Below are positions 10,890-24,517 of a DNA stretch of 64,000 bases, one piece after another. Each line of letters opens with the position of its first letter. Positions within the stretch are counted from its first letter, which is position 1. The stretch comes from Macrostomum lignano (taxonomy: Eukaryota): contig NIVC01000184.1 of the NCBI GenBank assembly GCA_002269645.1, forward strand, positions 645,173 through 709,172. The letters run 5' to 3'. The notes beneath the pieces are model-generated. The model was not told the DNA's origin and did not search any database. It was given only the letters and a program-made list of their open reading frames with translations. A program made the position numbers and the translations under genes.

Positions 10890-12630
10890 TCACCATTTTT
10901 AGCGCCACAATCTCATCATTTTTAGCGCCACAATCTCATCATTTTTAGCGCCACAATCTCATCATTTTTAGCGCCACAATCTCATCATTTTTAGCGCCAC
11001 AATCTCATCATTTTAGCGCCACAATCTTATCTTTTTTAGCGCCACAATCTCATCTTTTTTAGCGCCACAATCTTATTATTTGTAGTGCCACAATCTTATC
11101 ATTTTTAGCGCCACAATCTCATAATTTTTAGCGCCACAATCTAATTATTTTTAGCGTCAGTCTCTTCAGTTTTAGCGCCACAATCTAATTATTTTTAGCG
11201 TCAGTCTCTTCAGTTTTAGCGCCACAATCTAATTATTTTTAGCGTCAGTCTCTTCAGTTTTAGCGCCACAATCTAATTATTTTTAGCGTCAGTCTCTTCA
11301 GTTTTAGCGACACAATCTCATCATTTCTAGCTCCACATCTGCGCCATTTTTAGCGCCACAACTGCACAAGTTTCAGCGCCACAACCAAGCCATTTTAAGC
11401 GCCATAGCAGTGCCATTTTTAGCGCCACAACTGCGCGCCATTTTAGTTCCACTAATGTGCCATTTATAGTGCCACAACCAGTGGCCGTAGCAAGCCCCCC
11501 CCCCCCTGAAATTTTCGCGCCAATACAAAAAAATTTGCGCTATTAGTATACGCGTTAATAAAGTCCAAAAAACACACCGGAGTGATTCTTGAGGAAAAAG
11601 CATTATACTTAACAAAAATATGGAAAATTCTTATCATTCTTTGGCTAAATTCCACACCGTACCGTAGGCAATAAAGTCTGCTCCTTTTTAATGATTACGC
11701 ACTCACTGATATATTTTTATCAAAAAGATGTTGACAGTCACAACACAGTTACGATGTCTAGCAATGTCTGCAAGTCTACGTACTCTTAGTGAGAAGTGAC
11801 CAAAAATATCCCTATCATTATCTAGTGTAACTTGTAAGTAACTATACTAAAACACTAGATGGTCCTCCCTACTACCTATCTCTGCAGTGCAAACTAATGC
11901 TCCTTTATTTAGCCTACTCTTATTTGGGCACTTGGAGCGCGAATTGATATTGAATTTGGTGACGAGTCATCAGACTTGATTGTTGTTGGCAATCGACAGA
12001 AGCTCGGAAGCAATAGAAACCCCTCTTTTCTGTGTAAAAAAAAGAAAAAAATATTCTTGAACGCTTGAAAAATAAGCTATTTTTTCGCGCCTAGTGCTGC
12101 TTCAATTTTTCGCGCCATGGTTGAAATTTTCGCGTATTCGCGCTACACTACAGCCACTGGCCACAACTGTTCCATTTTAGCGCCACAATCGCGCCCTTTA
12201 TATAGTGCCACAACTCCGCTGTTTAGGGCGCCACAACTGCGCCATAACTGAGCTATTTTAGCGCCACAACTGCGCCATAACTGAGCCATTTTAGCGCCAC
12301 AATTGCGTCATATCTAGCGCCACAACTGCGTCATTTTTAGTGCAACAACTGCGTCATATCTAGCGCCACAATTGCGTCATATCTAGCGCCTTAACTGCGT
12401 CATACCTAGCGCCACAATTGCGTCATATCTAGCGCCACAACTGCGTCATTTTTAGTGCAACAACTGCGTCATATCTAGCGCCACAATTGCGTCATATCTA
12501 GCGCCTCAACTGCGTCATTTTTAGCGCCACAACTGCGTCATATATCAGCGCCACAGTTGCGTCATATCTAGCGCCTCAACTGGGTCATTTTTAGCGCCAC
12601 AACTGCGTCATATATAGCGCCACAACTGCA
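10890..12630. repeat. ~23-24-bp minisatellite with a TAGCGCCACAA core, interrupted by a MITE
   Basis: Arrays at ~10890-11478 and ~12160-12630 share the core. Confidence 0.95.
11479..12159. mobile_element. 681-bp non-autonomous hAT MITE
   Basis: TIRs CAGTGGCCGTAG / CTACAGCCACTG (11/12 match). Exact 8-bp TSD GCCACAAC at 11471-11478 and 12160-12167. No ORF. Confidence 0.85.
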
Positions 12631-12851
12631 TTATTTTGATAAAAATCGAAGAAACACAAAAAAATTTTTGATAGCAGTTCACAATTTTAAGCACGATTCG
12701 CTTCTTATAACATACGTAGAAATACAATTTGTTTGACAATTTATATATATATTTAATATAGACGAAATTACACGTACACACAAAAGAGCGGATTAAAGAG
12801 CCCCCAATATCGAGTCAGTACAATTTTGTTATTTTTTATTTTAAACTTTGT

Positions 12852-15800
12852 CTAGTCCCATCTAGATCGCTTCCTGCGCTCATTGCTTGATGAAGGTGCC
12901 GATTGCGGGGGCGGAGGCGGCATTTGCGGAGGTCTCTGCTGCTGCTGGCTAGGCAAGGTCGATGTGCCACTGCCCGAGTCGGGCCCAGCCGAGACAAACA
13001 TTTTCTTATACTGCGACATGAACGCCTGTTTAGTGGCGGAGACCCGGTCAGTCTGAGGCCCGCTGGATGATGGCCGGGTGAAGCTGAGCTGCTGCTCCTG
13101 GCCGCTGCCACCGCCGCTGCCACCACCACCGCCGCCGCCGCCAAGACCCAGGCCTGGCCGCTCTCGGGTCCGACCCGAAGCCGACACCCGCTTGCCCTGG
13201 CCGCCAGATTTGAATCGGGAGTTTTTAAACCAGGCGCACTCGTTGGCCAAAGCCAGGAGGCGGGGTGGAGCCTGCGGCCAAGTTTGCAGAGAGGAGGCCA
13301 GATTAGTGAGTGCATTTTACACATGCAAAGCTAGTTGAACAGCCGTATAAACACACAATCCCTAAAATCCCGTAAACACAGAATCCCTAAAATCAGCATA
13401 AACACAATCCCTAAAATCCCATAAACACACAATCCCTAAAATCCCATAAACACAGAATCCCTAAAATCAGCATAAACACAATCCCTAAAATCCCATAAAC
13501 ACAAAATCCCTAAAATCACTGTAAACACACAATCCCTAAAATCCCATAAACACACAATCCCTAAAATCCCATAAACACACAATACCTAAAATACCATAAA
13601 CACACAATCCCTAAAATCCCATAAACACACAATACCTAAAATACCATAAACACACAATCCCTAAAATACCATAAACACACAATCCCTAAAATACCATAAA
13701 CACACAATCCCCTAAATTCCCACAAACACACAATCCCCCAAATCCCCATAAACACACAATCCCTAAAATCCCATAAACACACAATCCCTAAAATACTATA
13801 AAAACAGTCCCCTAAATCCCCACAAACACACAATCCCCCAAATCCCCATAAACACACAATCCCTAAAATCCCATAAACACACAATCCCTAAAATACTATA
13901 AAAACAGTCCCCTAAATCCCCACAAACACACAATCCCCCAAATCTCCATAAACACAAAAAATTAATCTAACCTCCTGTCCAACGCCCTCGAGATTCCGCA
14001 CCAGATGACCGGCAAAGTCCTTCTCTTTGTCCAGCAGCAGGGTGTAAGCCATGCCCTTGTGGCCGGCCCGGCCGGTCCTGCCCACCCGATGCGTGTGGGT
14101 GTCGATATCCCTAGCGGATTCGTAGTTAATCACGGTTCGAATTGCCGGAATATCCAGGCCACGGCTAGCAACATCCGTAGCAACCAGCACCTGGAATTCG
14201 CCTCGCTTATAAGCCGCAATGGTGTCGTTTCGCTCGCTCTGATGCATGTCGCCGTGCAGCAGTCGACAGGAAAATCCCGCGCCAGAGATTCGCTTAGCAA
14301 CGTCTTCGCTGTTGGCTTTGCGAGTGACGAACACCAGAGTCTGGCCTTGGCTGCAGAACCCGGCCTGGGGGGCAGGAGTGGGCCAGTGAGACAGATGGGT
14401 GTCAGAATTGGGAGATGGGTGTCAGATTGGGAGATAGGTGTCAGGATTGGAAGATGGGTGTCAGGATTGGAAGATGGGTGTCAGGATTAGATGGGTGTCA
14501 GGATTAGATGGGTGTCAGGATTGGAAGATGGGTGTCAGGATTGGAAGATGGGTGTCAGGATTAGATGGGTGTCAGGATTAGATGGGTGTCAGGATTAGAT
14601 GGGTGTCAGGATTGGAAGATGGGTGTCAGGATTGGAAGATGGGTGTCAGGATTAGATGGGTGTCAGGATTAGATGGGTGTCAGGATTAGATGGGTGTCAG
14701 GATTAGATGGGTGTCAGGATTGGGAGATGGGTGTCAGATTGGGAGATGGGTGTCAGGATTAGATGGGTGTCAGGATTAGATGGGTGTCAGGATTAGATGG
14801 GTGTCAGGATTAGATGGGTGTCAGGATTGGAAGATGGGTGTCAGGATTGGAAGATGGGTGTCAGGATTAGATGGGTGTCAGGATTAGATGGGTGTCAGGA
14901 TTAGATGGGTGTCAGGATTGGAAGATGGGTGTCAGGATTAGATGGGTGTCAGGATTGAAAGATGGGTGTCAGGATTGGATGGGTGTCAGGATTGAAAGAT
15001 GGGTGTCAGGATTGGAAGATGGGTGTCAGGATTGGAAGATTGGTGTCAGGATTGGAAGATTGGTGTCAGGATTAGATGGGTGTCAGGATTGGGAGATGGG
15101 TGTCAGGATTAGATGGGTGTCAGGATTGGGAGATGGGTGTCAGGATTGGGAGATGTGTGAGGATAGATGGACCAGAAAACTAATGTTGATATAGGAGTCA
15201 AACAGAAATCCGCCAGAAATGAATGGGTGTCAGCTAGGAAGAGGAAGTGACTAAATATGGCACGTGCAAAGTTCACAATTTTTACCAGGTGCCGCTGCAT
15301 CCAGATCCATTTGTCTTCTGGCTGGCGAAATATTTCAACAAATTGACGAACATCCTGATTGGCTTCGCCTAGTTCGCCCTGACAGATTCGAATTGGATCA
15401 GTGAGAATGTCGCGAACTAGTCGCTCAACTCGGCGTTTAAAAGTAGCCGAGAATAATAGAGTCTGCCGGTCCGGGCGCACGTGATTGGCTATGCTGCGCA
15501 CCTGCCACGATGTACAAAATGGGAACGCAAAGTTTATTATCGATACATATCGGAAAATTCCCCAAGTTATTTATCGATACATATCGGCGAATTCACCAAA
15601 TTTATTATCGATACATATCAGCGAATTCACCAAGTTTATTATCGATACATATCAGCGAATTCACCAAGTTATTTATCGATACATATCGGCGAATTCACTA
15701 AGTTATTTATCGATACATATCGGCGAATTCACCAAATTTATTATCGATACATATCAGCGAATTCACCAAGTTTATTATCGATACATATCGGCGAATTCAC

Positions 15801-18800
15801 CAAGTTATTTATCGATACATATCGGCGAATTCACCAAGTTATTTATCGATACATATCGGCGAATTCACCAAGTTATTTATCGATACATATCGGCGAATTC
15901 ACCAAGTTATTTATCGATACATATCGGCGAATTCACCAAATTTATTATCGATACATATCGGCGAATTCACCAAGTTATTTATCGATACATATCAGCGAAT
16001 TCACCAAATTTATTATCGATACATATCGGCGAATTCACCAAGTTATTTATCGATACATATCAGCGAATTCACAAAATTTATTATCGATACATATCGGCGA
16101 ATTCACCAAGTTATTTATCGATACATATCGGCGAATTCACCAAGTTATTTATCGATACATATCAGCGAATTCACAAAATTTATTATCGATACATATCGGC
16201 GAATTCACCAAGTTATTTATCGATACATATCAGCGAATTCACAAAATTTATTATCGATACATATCGGCGAATTCACCAAGTTCATTATCGATAAATATCG
16301 GCGAATTCACCAAATTTATTATCGATACATATCGGCGAATTCACCAAGTTCATTATCGATACATATCGGCTAATTGACTAAGTTCATTATCGATAGATAT
16401 CGGCAAATTCACAGAGTTGATTATCGATACATATCGGCAATTTGATAGGGTTTGTATTCGATACCTATTGGCAATTTGAAAGAGTTTGTTTTCGATACAT
16501 ATCGGCACAAATTTTAATTTCTCAACAGCCACTCACCTGCGCCTCGAATCCTAGCTGAAACATTTTGTCAGCCTCGTCGAACACCAGATAAGTGACCCGA
16601 CGCAAATTAGTAGCCTTCTTTTTCACTAAATCAATAAGCCGGCCGGGCGTGCAGACGAGAATCTCGCAGCCGGCCTCGCAGGCTTTCTGCTGTTCCCACA
16701 TGCTGCCGCCGCCGTAGGCGCACACGACAGTAACGCCGTAGGGTTTGCCGAATTTTCGAGCTTCGGCATAGATTTGCAGAGCCAACTCGCGAGTTGGAGC
16801 GCAGATCAGGCCGATTGGGCCGTCGCCGGGTGCCAAAGGCGACTGGTCCAGCACGTGCATGACGAGCGGCCAGACAAACGTGACGGTCTTGCCGCTGCCG
16901 GTCTTGGCGATGCCGATCACGTCTCGGCCGGACAGGGCGGCCGGACAGGCCTTGAGGGGAGCGGGGCGACAGTAAAAGACATGAAATTTGTGTCTGCCTG
17001 TCTATCCTAGTGTCTGGAGTGTGTCTGCCTGTCTATCCTAGAGTCTGGAGTGTGTCTGCCTGTCTATCCTAGTGTCTGGAGTGTGTCTGCCTGTCTATCC
17101 TAGTGTCTGGAGTGTGTCTGCCTGTCTATCCTAGTGTCTGAAGTGTGTCTGCCTGTCTGCTTGTCTATCCTAGTGTCTGGAGTGTGTCTGCTTGTCTATC
17201 CTAGTGTCTGGAGTGTGTCTGCCTGTCTATCCTAGTGTCTGGAGTGTGTGTCTGCCTGTCTATCCTAGTGTCTGGAGTGTGTGTCTGCCTGTCTATCCTA
17301 GTGTCTGGAGTGTGCCTGCCTGTCTGGTTAGTTTGTGCCTTTCATCTTTGTGCGATGGTCTCAGCTTTACATCAGCTTCACCTAAAAACATACGGTACAG
17401 CGACAGCAATAGCAGTGGAAATTCGAACCTGAGCTTGAATGGGAGTTGGCTGGGTAAAGCCAGCTCTCGAAATTGAGTCCATCAGCTGATCGTCCAGTCC
17501 CAGATGAGCAAACGAGCAGATAGGATAGGGCGCCTCAACACCCTGCACCCGGATGCCCAGCTTCCGCCGGAGCTCCATCGCTTGCTCTGGCTTCATCGCG
17601 GCCACCTCCGGATGCGGCGTGTAGAAGTTGCGCTCAAACGGAGCGTACTGCACCTGCAGTTTGCAGTTGGAGTCTCGGCCGTGAGTTAGGAGCACACGAC
17701 ATGAACCCCACGGGATAGGACATGACCCTCATGGGATAGGAGCACATGACCCCCATGGGATAGGAGGACATGACCCCCATGGGATAGGAGGACATGACCC
17801 CCATGGGATAGGAGGACATGAACCCCCACGGGATAGGAGCGCATGACCCTTATAGGATAGGAGCACATGACCCCCACGGGATAGGAGGACATGACCCCCA
17901 TGGGATAGGAGGACATGACCCCCGTGGGATAGGAGGACATGACCCCCATGGGATAGGAGGACATGAACCCTATGGGATAGGAGCGCATGACCCTTATAGG
18001 ATAGGAGCGCATGACCCTTATAGGATAGGAGCGCATGACCCTTATAGGATAGGAGCACATGACCCTCATGGGATAGGAGCACATACCCCCATGGGATAGG
18101 AGTACATGACCCCTATAGGATAGAAGCACGACCCCCACGGGATAGGAGCGCATGACCCTTATAGGATAGGAGCACAAGACCCCCACGGGATAGGAGGACA
18201 TGACCCCCATGGGATAGGAGGACATGACCCCCATGGGATAGGAGGACATGACCCCCATGGGATAGGAGGACATGAACCCTATGGGATAGGAGCGCATGAC
18301 CCTTATAGGATAGGAGCGCATGACCCTTATAGGATAGGAGCGCATGACCCTTATAGGATAGGAGCACATGACCCTCATGGGATAGGAGCACATGACCCCC
18401 ATGGGATAGGAGTACATGACCCCTATAGGATAGAAGCACGACCCCCACGGGATAGGAGCACATGACCCCTATAGGATAGGAGCACATGACCCCACGGGAT
18501 AGGAGCACATGACCCCTATAGGAGCACATAACCCCCCATGGGATAGGAGCACATAACCCCCCATGGGATAGGAGCACATAACCCCCCATGGGATAGGAGT
18601 ACATGACCCCTATAGAAGCACATAAACCCAATTGGATTGGAGCACATGACCCCCATGGGATAGGAGCACATGACCCCCATGGGATAGGAGCACATAACCC
18701 CCCATGGGATAGGAGCACATGACCCCTATAGAAGCACATAAACCCAATTGGATTGGAGCACATGACCCCCATGGGATAGGAGCACATGACCCATGGGATA

Positions 18801-19602
18801 GGAGCACATGACCCCCATGGGATAGGAGCACAGGACCCCTAAGGCTTGGTCCCCTATGAGCGTTTTAAATCGCAAAGAAAACGCTAAATTTTGACAGTGC
18901 TCGCACCTGACTGTGATCAACAGGTGGCAGCGGATCAATTTCCTTGTGCCCGGCTCGCTCCACAATATTGCCCTCATTGTCGTATTCGTAGATTTCCTCG
19001 TCGTCTCCTTGTACCCCGACGTTAGGATTTTCTTGCATAAATTTTAAATAAGCTTCCATCTCGTCTTCTCGTTCGAGATCTTCGCGCAAGCCTTTCTGTT
19101 GTTGTTGTTGCTGTTGCAGCTGCTGTTGCTGGCTCTGCTGCTTTTGCTGCAAGCTTGGTGCAATTCGATCGAGATCTCGCTTAGCCTCGGCTGTAACTCC
19201 CGCCATGAAAGCTTCTAGAGGATCCTCTTCGTCATCATTGTCGTGTGCTCGTCCAGCATCGCCATTTCCTTCCATTTCATTGTCATCCTCGTCTCCATAG
19301 AAATAATCGTCTTCGTCTTGAACTCGTTTCCTGCCAATGCCCGCGTAGGGTGCCGAGGCGGCAGACGGACCCGAGGAAGCGGCCGCTGGCGGAGCAACGC
19401 CCGGTGTTTTACGATAGTCAACAACCGCAACAGGCGCCGTAGTAGCGTTCCTGCTGGAGTTGCCATAGCGACTGTAATAGCTCTCGCCGTAGGCTGTGTC
19501 AGGCTCTTCGGCCAGTGGATTATTATAGGCTGAAAATTTCTTTCTTGGGGGCGGATCAAAGGAACCGCCGGAGCTGCCGCCGCCGGAACGAAACGGTTGC
19601 AT
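12852..19602 (-). CDS. DDX42: DEAD-box RNA helicase DDX42 (SF3b125), 787 aa
   Basis: Exons 19602-18907, 17653-17429, 16950-16537, 15501-15286, 14364-13972 and 13271-12852, all GT-AG and phase 0 (2364 nt). Motifs: EEDPLEAFM, IDPLPPVDHS, Q motif PTPIQ, AKTGSGKT, PTRELA, DEAD, FSATF, LVATDVASRGLD, HRVGRTGRAG, C-terminal RKRSRWD. Confidence 0.96.
13345..13960. repeat. ~25-bp minisatellite (AATCCCTAAAATCCCATAAACACAC), DDX42 intron 5
   Basis: Tandem units visible. Confidence 0.95.
14390..15155. repeat. 17/20-bp minisatellite (GATGGGTGTCAGGATTA / ..GGATTGGAA), DDX42 intron 4
   Basis: Tandem units visible. Confidence 0.95.
15530..16505. repeat. 34-bp minisatellite (ATCGATACATATCGGCGAATTCACCAAGTTATTT), DDX42 intron 3
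   Basis: Period 34 (e.g. 15781 and 15815). Confidence 0.95.
16990..17320. repeat. 31-bp minisatellite (CTGCCTGTCTATCCTAGTGTCTGGAGTGTGT), DDX42 intron 2
   Basis: Period 31 (16994 and 17025). Confidence 0.95.
17690..18840. repeat. 24-bp minisatellite (CATGACCCCCATGGGATAGGAGCA), DDX42 intron 1
   Basis: Tandem units with higher-order duplication of variant blocks. Confidence 0.95.
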
Positions 19603-19749
19603 TAATTGCGCTTGGGTGACTTTGACTAATTAAGGAGAGAGATAGAAACTCGATTTGTTAGGCGATACAGCAGGAAAGCAGGGTTTTGGTTGAAAAATGG
19701 ATATTGGCATCACGCTTTCACATCTGATAAGTGAGGTTAGCCAGGAGAT

Positions 19750-19990
19750 AAATGTACATAGGCTATTTATAGCTTGGCCCCTCTCCGATTCTACGCTTCA
19801 ATCAATGTACGTAGACTAGGCAAGGGAACAGTGTACATTGGCTATTTATAGATTGACCCTCTTTCCCGATTCTACGTCCTAATCAATGTACATAGACTAG
19901 GCAGGGGAACAATCCACATTGGCTATTTATAGCTAGACCCTCTCCCGATTCTACGCATTGATCAATATACATAGGCTAGCCAATAAACCA
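19750..19990. repeat. Imperfect ~80-bp tandem triplication upstream of DDX42
   Basis: AATGTACATAGGCTATTTATAG..CTCTCCGATTCTACG occurs three times. Confidence 0.75.
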
Positions 19991-20879
19991 ATGTACTTAG
20001 CTAACCTATCAACAGCTTAATCGTCTTTCTTAAAGCGTCACAAAATATAATGTACATAGTCCAGCCATAACGCCCAGTTTACGTGGGCTAATCTTGATTC
20101 TGTCAAGTTTAGTGGAGAAGAAAAAAGTCAAAAACACCTGCCGATGGATAATAAATAAGTAGGTAACATCAATAGCGCGATATACCTGATTATTTAATTT
20201 ACATTGATTTATTAAAACAGTATTTTTACCTGTTTAGTAACAAACAATAAGCACACCTCAGGACAAGTAATCTATAAGGATTAATGATTAAGAGGAAGAT
20301 TAACAAATTATGAAAGGAAAGACGGAAAACAATAGGCGACAGAGCAATTACTAGTAGAAATTCTGGCTTACTTGCTTCCTCTATTTGAGGCACTAAAATA
20401 CTGGATAATTGTTAAATTGGTAATTAAATGTTACTGACACTTTTCGAAAGACGAAAAGAAAGACCAATTTTAAAACTAAAGAGCTATCTATAAGGGAACG
20501 AGAGGGATTCGAATCTGGGAACAATGAGAATCAGCTTCATTGTCAGAAGATATTAATGACAAGGCAGTTACACGTATCAAATAGAGTACAAGTACTATTA
20601 TTAATTTACTTTAATTTCTTATTCGAATTTCGAACGTCTACTAGTTTATTAGTGCTTTAAGTGCGCGCTCAACTTCAAGGCACACTTATAGTCAATGGGA
20701 GGAAATACCGAGCAAAAAACACAAAAACCGCTCTAGACTAGAAAGTGGCGAATTCCATCAAGTGCAGATTGTTGATACTTTCAAGTTTCACCCGAGGTCT
20801 GTGGGTATAGGTAGAGGGTAGCTGAGAGTAAAGGCTGGGGATGAGGCTATTATATATTAGAGGTAGGGGCGTTAAGCAT

Positions 20880-21027
20880 GGGGTTGGCCCTCAAGGCTGT
20901 TAATTGAACGAGCAGAGTCAAGCCGAGATTCCAATTCAGCCCCAAATTAATTCGACTGCACTTGGAATCGAGCCTGGGCCGCTGGCACGTGAGAGCACAG
21001 CACTGGAACACTTCGGCTACGGCTCCC
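20880..21027 (-). mobile_element. tRNA-derived SINE-like element, copy 1
   Basis: Minus strand has an A-box-like TAGCCGAAGTG (21019-21009) and a B-box-like GCTCGATTCC (20973-20964). A second copy lies at ~40925-41070. Confidence 0.65.
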
Positions 21028-21177
21028 GGAGGTGAGGCTAGTGGAGAGCAAATTAATAAAAATTTAGCAAATTTGCGTGCAAACTACTGTTAGTTGAGTA
21101 GTAGTAGTCTATCTTGGAAGCATTTTAACCTCTTATTTCACAATTTAAATTCAAAATATTAACGCACGCGTTTAAGT

Positions 21178-24100
21178 CTAAAACTCGGAATCCAGCGCCA
21201 TATCGGTGAATACATCGAATGCGTCGCGGGTGGCGCAGCTCTGCGTAAAACTATAACGCTGATAGGCCCCGTCAAGCGTCAGGGCTACAATGCACTGCGG
21301 CCCTACAAAAGCCACGCAGGAGCGAGTATCCGGCGGCAGGCTGAAGGTCACATCCGCCCTGGCACCGTCAACTAAATCAGAGAGAAACTTGCCGCCAGAA
21401 CCAGACGACGGCAGCGAGGCTGCAACTGATGACGAATGATGATTGACTGGCGAAGCGGCGGCTGACGACTGCGGCGAGGAGGTCGACGAGGCCGACGACA
21501 ACGAGGAGGAAGCGACGTGCTGATCGGCATCCTGATCGAAGCTACTGGTCGAAGCGCCGCTACCAACCGACCAGACGTGCACGGTGCCTTTGTCCGAGGC
21601 GGCGCACACCCAGTCGCTGGCCGGACTCCAGGCTAGACTGTACAGCAGAGCCGGGTCGGCGCCTCGGCGCAACTGACGGAGCAGTCGGCGATTCGCTGTG
21701 CCAAATAGGCGGACGAGAGTGCCGCGAGACCCGGCGGTGGCCAGCAGCTCCCCGTCTGGGCTGAGCTGCAGCGCCGCTAGGGGAGCCTGGTGAGCCTGTA
21801 GGTTGGTGGCGTTTGAGGCTGCTTAGTTTTTTTTAAATCCCTCAGTTGCAATCATAAATCACTAGGTTGCAATCATAGATCCCTAAGCTTTCCAATCCTT
21901 AATCTTCCAATCCCTAATCTCCCCAATACCCAATTTTTCCAATCCCCAATCTTCCCAATCCCTAATATCCGAATCCCTAATCTATTAACCCCTAATCTCT
22001 CAATCCCTAAGCTTCTTAATCCCTAGGCTTCGCAGTCCCTAATCTTCCCAATCCCCAAGCTTTGTTTACCAACTGTCAAACCCAACCATTCGCCTAATTA
22101 GCACTAGTTTCCAAGACCGACTCACGTGAATGAGCACCGGAGCAGAGTTCAGTCTATCTAACCGAACCAGTTGAGCATAGCCAGGCTGACCTCTCGCTGC
22201 GAAGGCTAACAACTTGCCGGACAGGCTGGCCAAGCCTCGGGCAGACCCGGCCGCCGGCCAGCAGTCCAGGCGGGCCACTCGACGCTCCGGTTGGCCAGGA
22301 AAATCGAATATCTGCACTGAGCTTTGCAGCAGCACAACTAGGCTGCATATGGGAGAGAATGGGAAGATTATCCCTTCCATATGGACATTCTCAATCTTAT
22401 AATGGGATGGGGAATATTATGATATCATAACGTTGAGATGGGATCATTTAATTGATTGTTGTAAATAATGTGATGGAATCAGTGAATTGATTATTGGGAA
22501 TGACCTGACGAGATGGGATCAGTGAATTGATTATTGGGAATGCTGAGATGGGATCAGTGAATTGATTATTGGCAATGCTGAGATGGGATCAGTGAATTGA
22601 TTATTGAGATTGCTGAGATGGGATCAGTGAATAACTATTGAGAATGCTGAGATGGGATCAGTGAATGATTATTGGGAATGCTGAGATGGGATCAGTGAAT
22701 AACTATTGAGAATGCTGAGATGGGATCAGTGAATGATTATTGGGAATGCTGAGATGGGATCAGTGAATGATTATTGGAGATAATGAGATGGGATCAGTGA
22801 ATGATTATTGGAAATAATGAGATGGCATCAGTGAATGATTATTGGAAATAATGAGATGGCATCAGTGAATGATTATTGGAAATAATGAGATGGCATCAGT
22901 GAATGATTTTGGGAATTCTGAGATGGGATCAGTGAATGATTTTGGGAATTCTGAGATGGGATCAGTGAATTGATTACTGGGAATGCTGAGATGGGATCAG
23001 TGAATGATTATTGGAGATAATGAGATGGGATCAGTGAATTGATTATTGGGAATGCTGAGATGGGATCAGTGAATTGATTATTGGCAATGCTGAGATGGGA
23101 TCAGTGAATTGATTATTGAGATTGCTGAGATGGGATCAGTGAATAACTATTGAGAATGCTGAGATGGGATCAGTGAATGATTATTGGAGATAATGAGATG
23201 GGATCAGTGAATGATTATTGGAAATAATGAGATGGCATCAGTGAATGATTATTGGGAATGCTGAGATGGGATCAGTGAATGATTATTGGAAATAATGAGA
23301 TGGCATCAGTGAATGATTATTGGGAATGCTGAGATGGCATCAGTGAATGATTATTGGGAACGCTGAGATGGGATCAGTGAATGATTATTGGAAATAATGA
23401 GATGGGATCAGTGAATAATTATTGGGAATTCTGAGATGGGATCAGTGAATTGATTATTAAGAATGCTGAGATGGGATCAGTGAATGATTACTGGGAATGC
23501 TGAGATGGGATCAGTGAATGATTATTGGGAATAATGAGATGGGATCAGTGAATAATTATTGGGAATGCTGAGATGGGATCAGTGAATTGATTATTAAGAA
23601 TGCTGAGATGGGATCAGTGAATGATTATTGGGAATGCTGAGATGGGATCAGTGAATTGATTATTAAGAATGCTGAGATGGGATCAGTGAATGATTATTGG
23701 GAATGCTGAGATGGGATCAGTGAATAATTATTGGAAATGCTGAGATGGGACCAGTGAATGATTATTGGAGATAATGAGATGGGATCAGTGAATAATTATT
23801 GGAAATAATGAGATGGGATCAGTGAATGAGTATTGGAAATAATGAGATGGGATCAGTGAATGAGTATTGGAAATAATGAGATGGGATCAGTGAATGATAA
23901 TTGGGAATGTTGAGATGGGATCAGTGAATTGATTGTGGGGAATAATGAGATGGGATCAGTGAATGATTATTGGGAATGTTAAGATGGGATCAGTGAATGA
24001 TTTTTTAGCAAACTAAAGCTTACCCGCTCTTTCTTAGAAGAACTCCAAGCACGGGCGAATTGAAGGCGTACTCCATAACAAAATCTTTCTTTGCTTCGTC

Positions 24101-24517
24101 CCAGATAATTACTAAAATGTTGCACAAAATGTAGAAAATAAAGGGTAAAAATAAAATCGTGCTACTGTTGGGATGAAAATGCGACCATCAAGATTTAACT
24201 AACCTGCATTCTCGGCAAATTTGGGCGTTTTGCCTCCGCCAACGAGAGCGAACATGTTGCTGCGGCCAAGCATGCTGGCTGATGACAAACTGCCCAGCTT
24301 CTCTCCATCTGGGATTAGCGAGGATATGTATTGAGAAATTAGAATCGAAATAGGTTGGATAATAAGAAAGTATACTTTCTTGGGTCTATGTATAAGAAAG
24401 TAAAAATTTTAATAATTTGATGAAGATGTCAAAATGACTTACCAAGCTGCCCCAGATAGGCTAACGGGTTGACATTGAAGACCAAAGCACCATTCTCAGG
24501 ACAGCAGGTGAAGCAAG
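21178..24517 (-). CDS. WDR45: WD repeat domain phosphoinositide-interacting protein WIPI4/WDR45 (ATG18 family); first exon not located
   Basis: Exons 24517-24443, 24308-24204, 24111-24024, 22342-22126 and 21795-21178, with consistent phases (1,1,1,2,0). Motifs: CFTCC..VFNVNPL, RSNMFALVGGGKTPKF, VIIWDE, AHQAPLAAL, GTLVRLF, LRRGADPA, SDKGTVH, RDAFDVF. The PKF..N.V.IWD and C-terminal patterns fit WDR45 better than WDR45B. Confidence 0.9.
21880..22060. repeat. Degenerate AATCCCTAAT-rich repeat in the last WDR45 intron
   Basis: Short imperfect units visible. Confidence 0.75.
22505..23995. repeat. 34-35-bp minisatellite (GAGATGGGATCAGTGAATGATTATTGGGAATGCT), WDR45 intron
   Basis: About 1.5 kb of tandem units. 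Confidence 0.95.

Noticed and set aside
15481-18831. Long ORFs at 15481-16377 and 17686-18831
   Set aside because: Stop-free frames of DDX42 intronic minisatellites.
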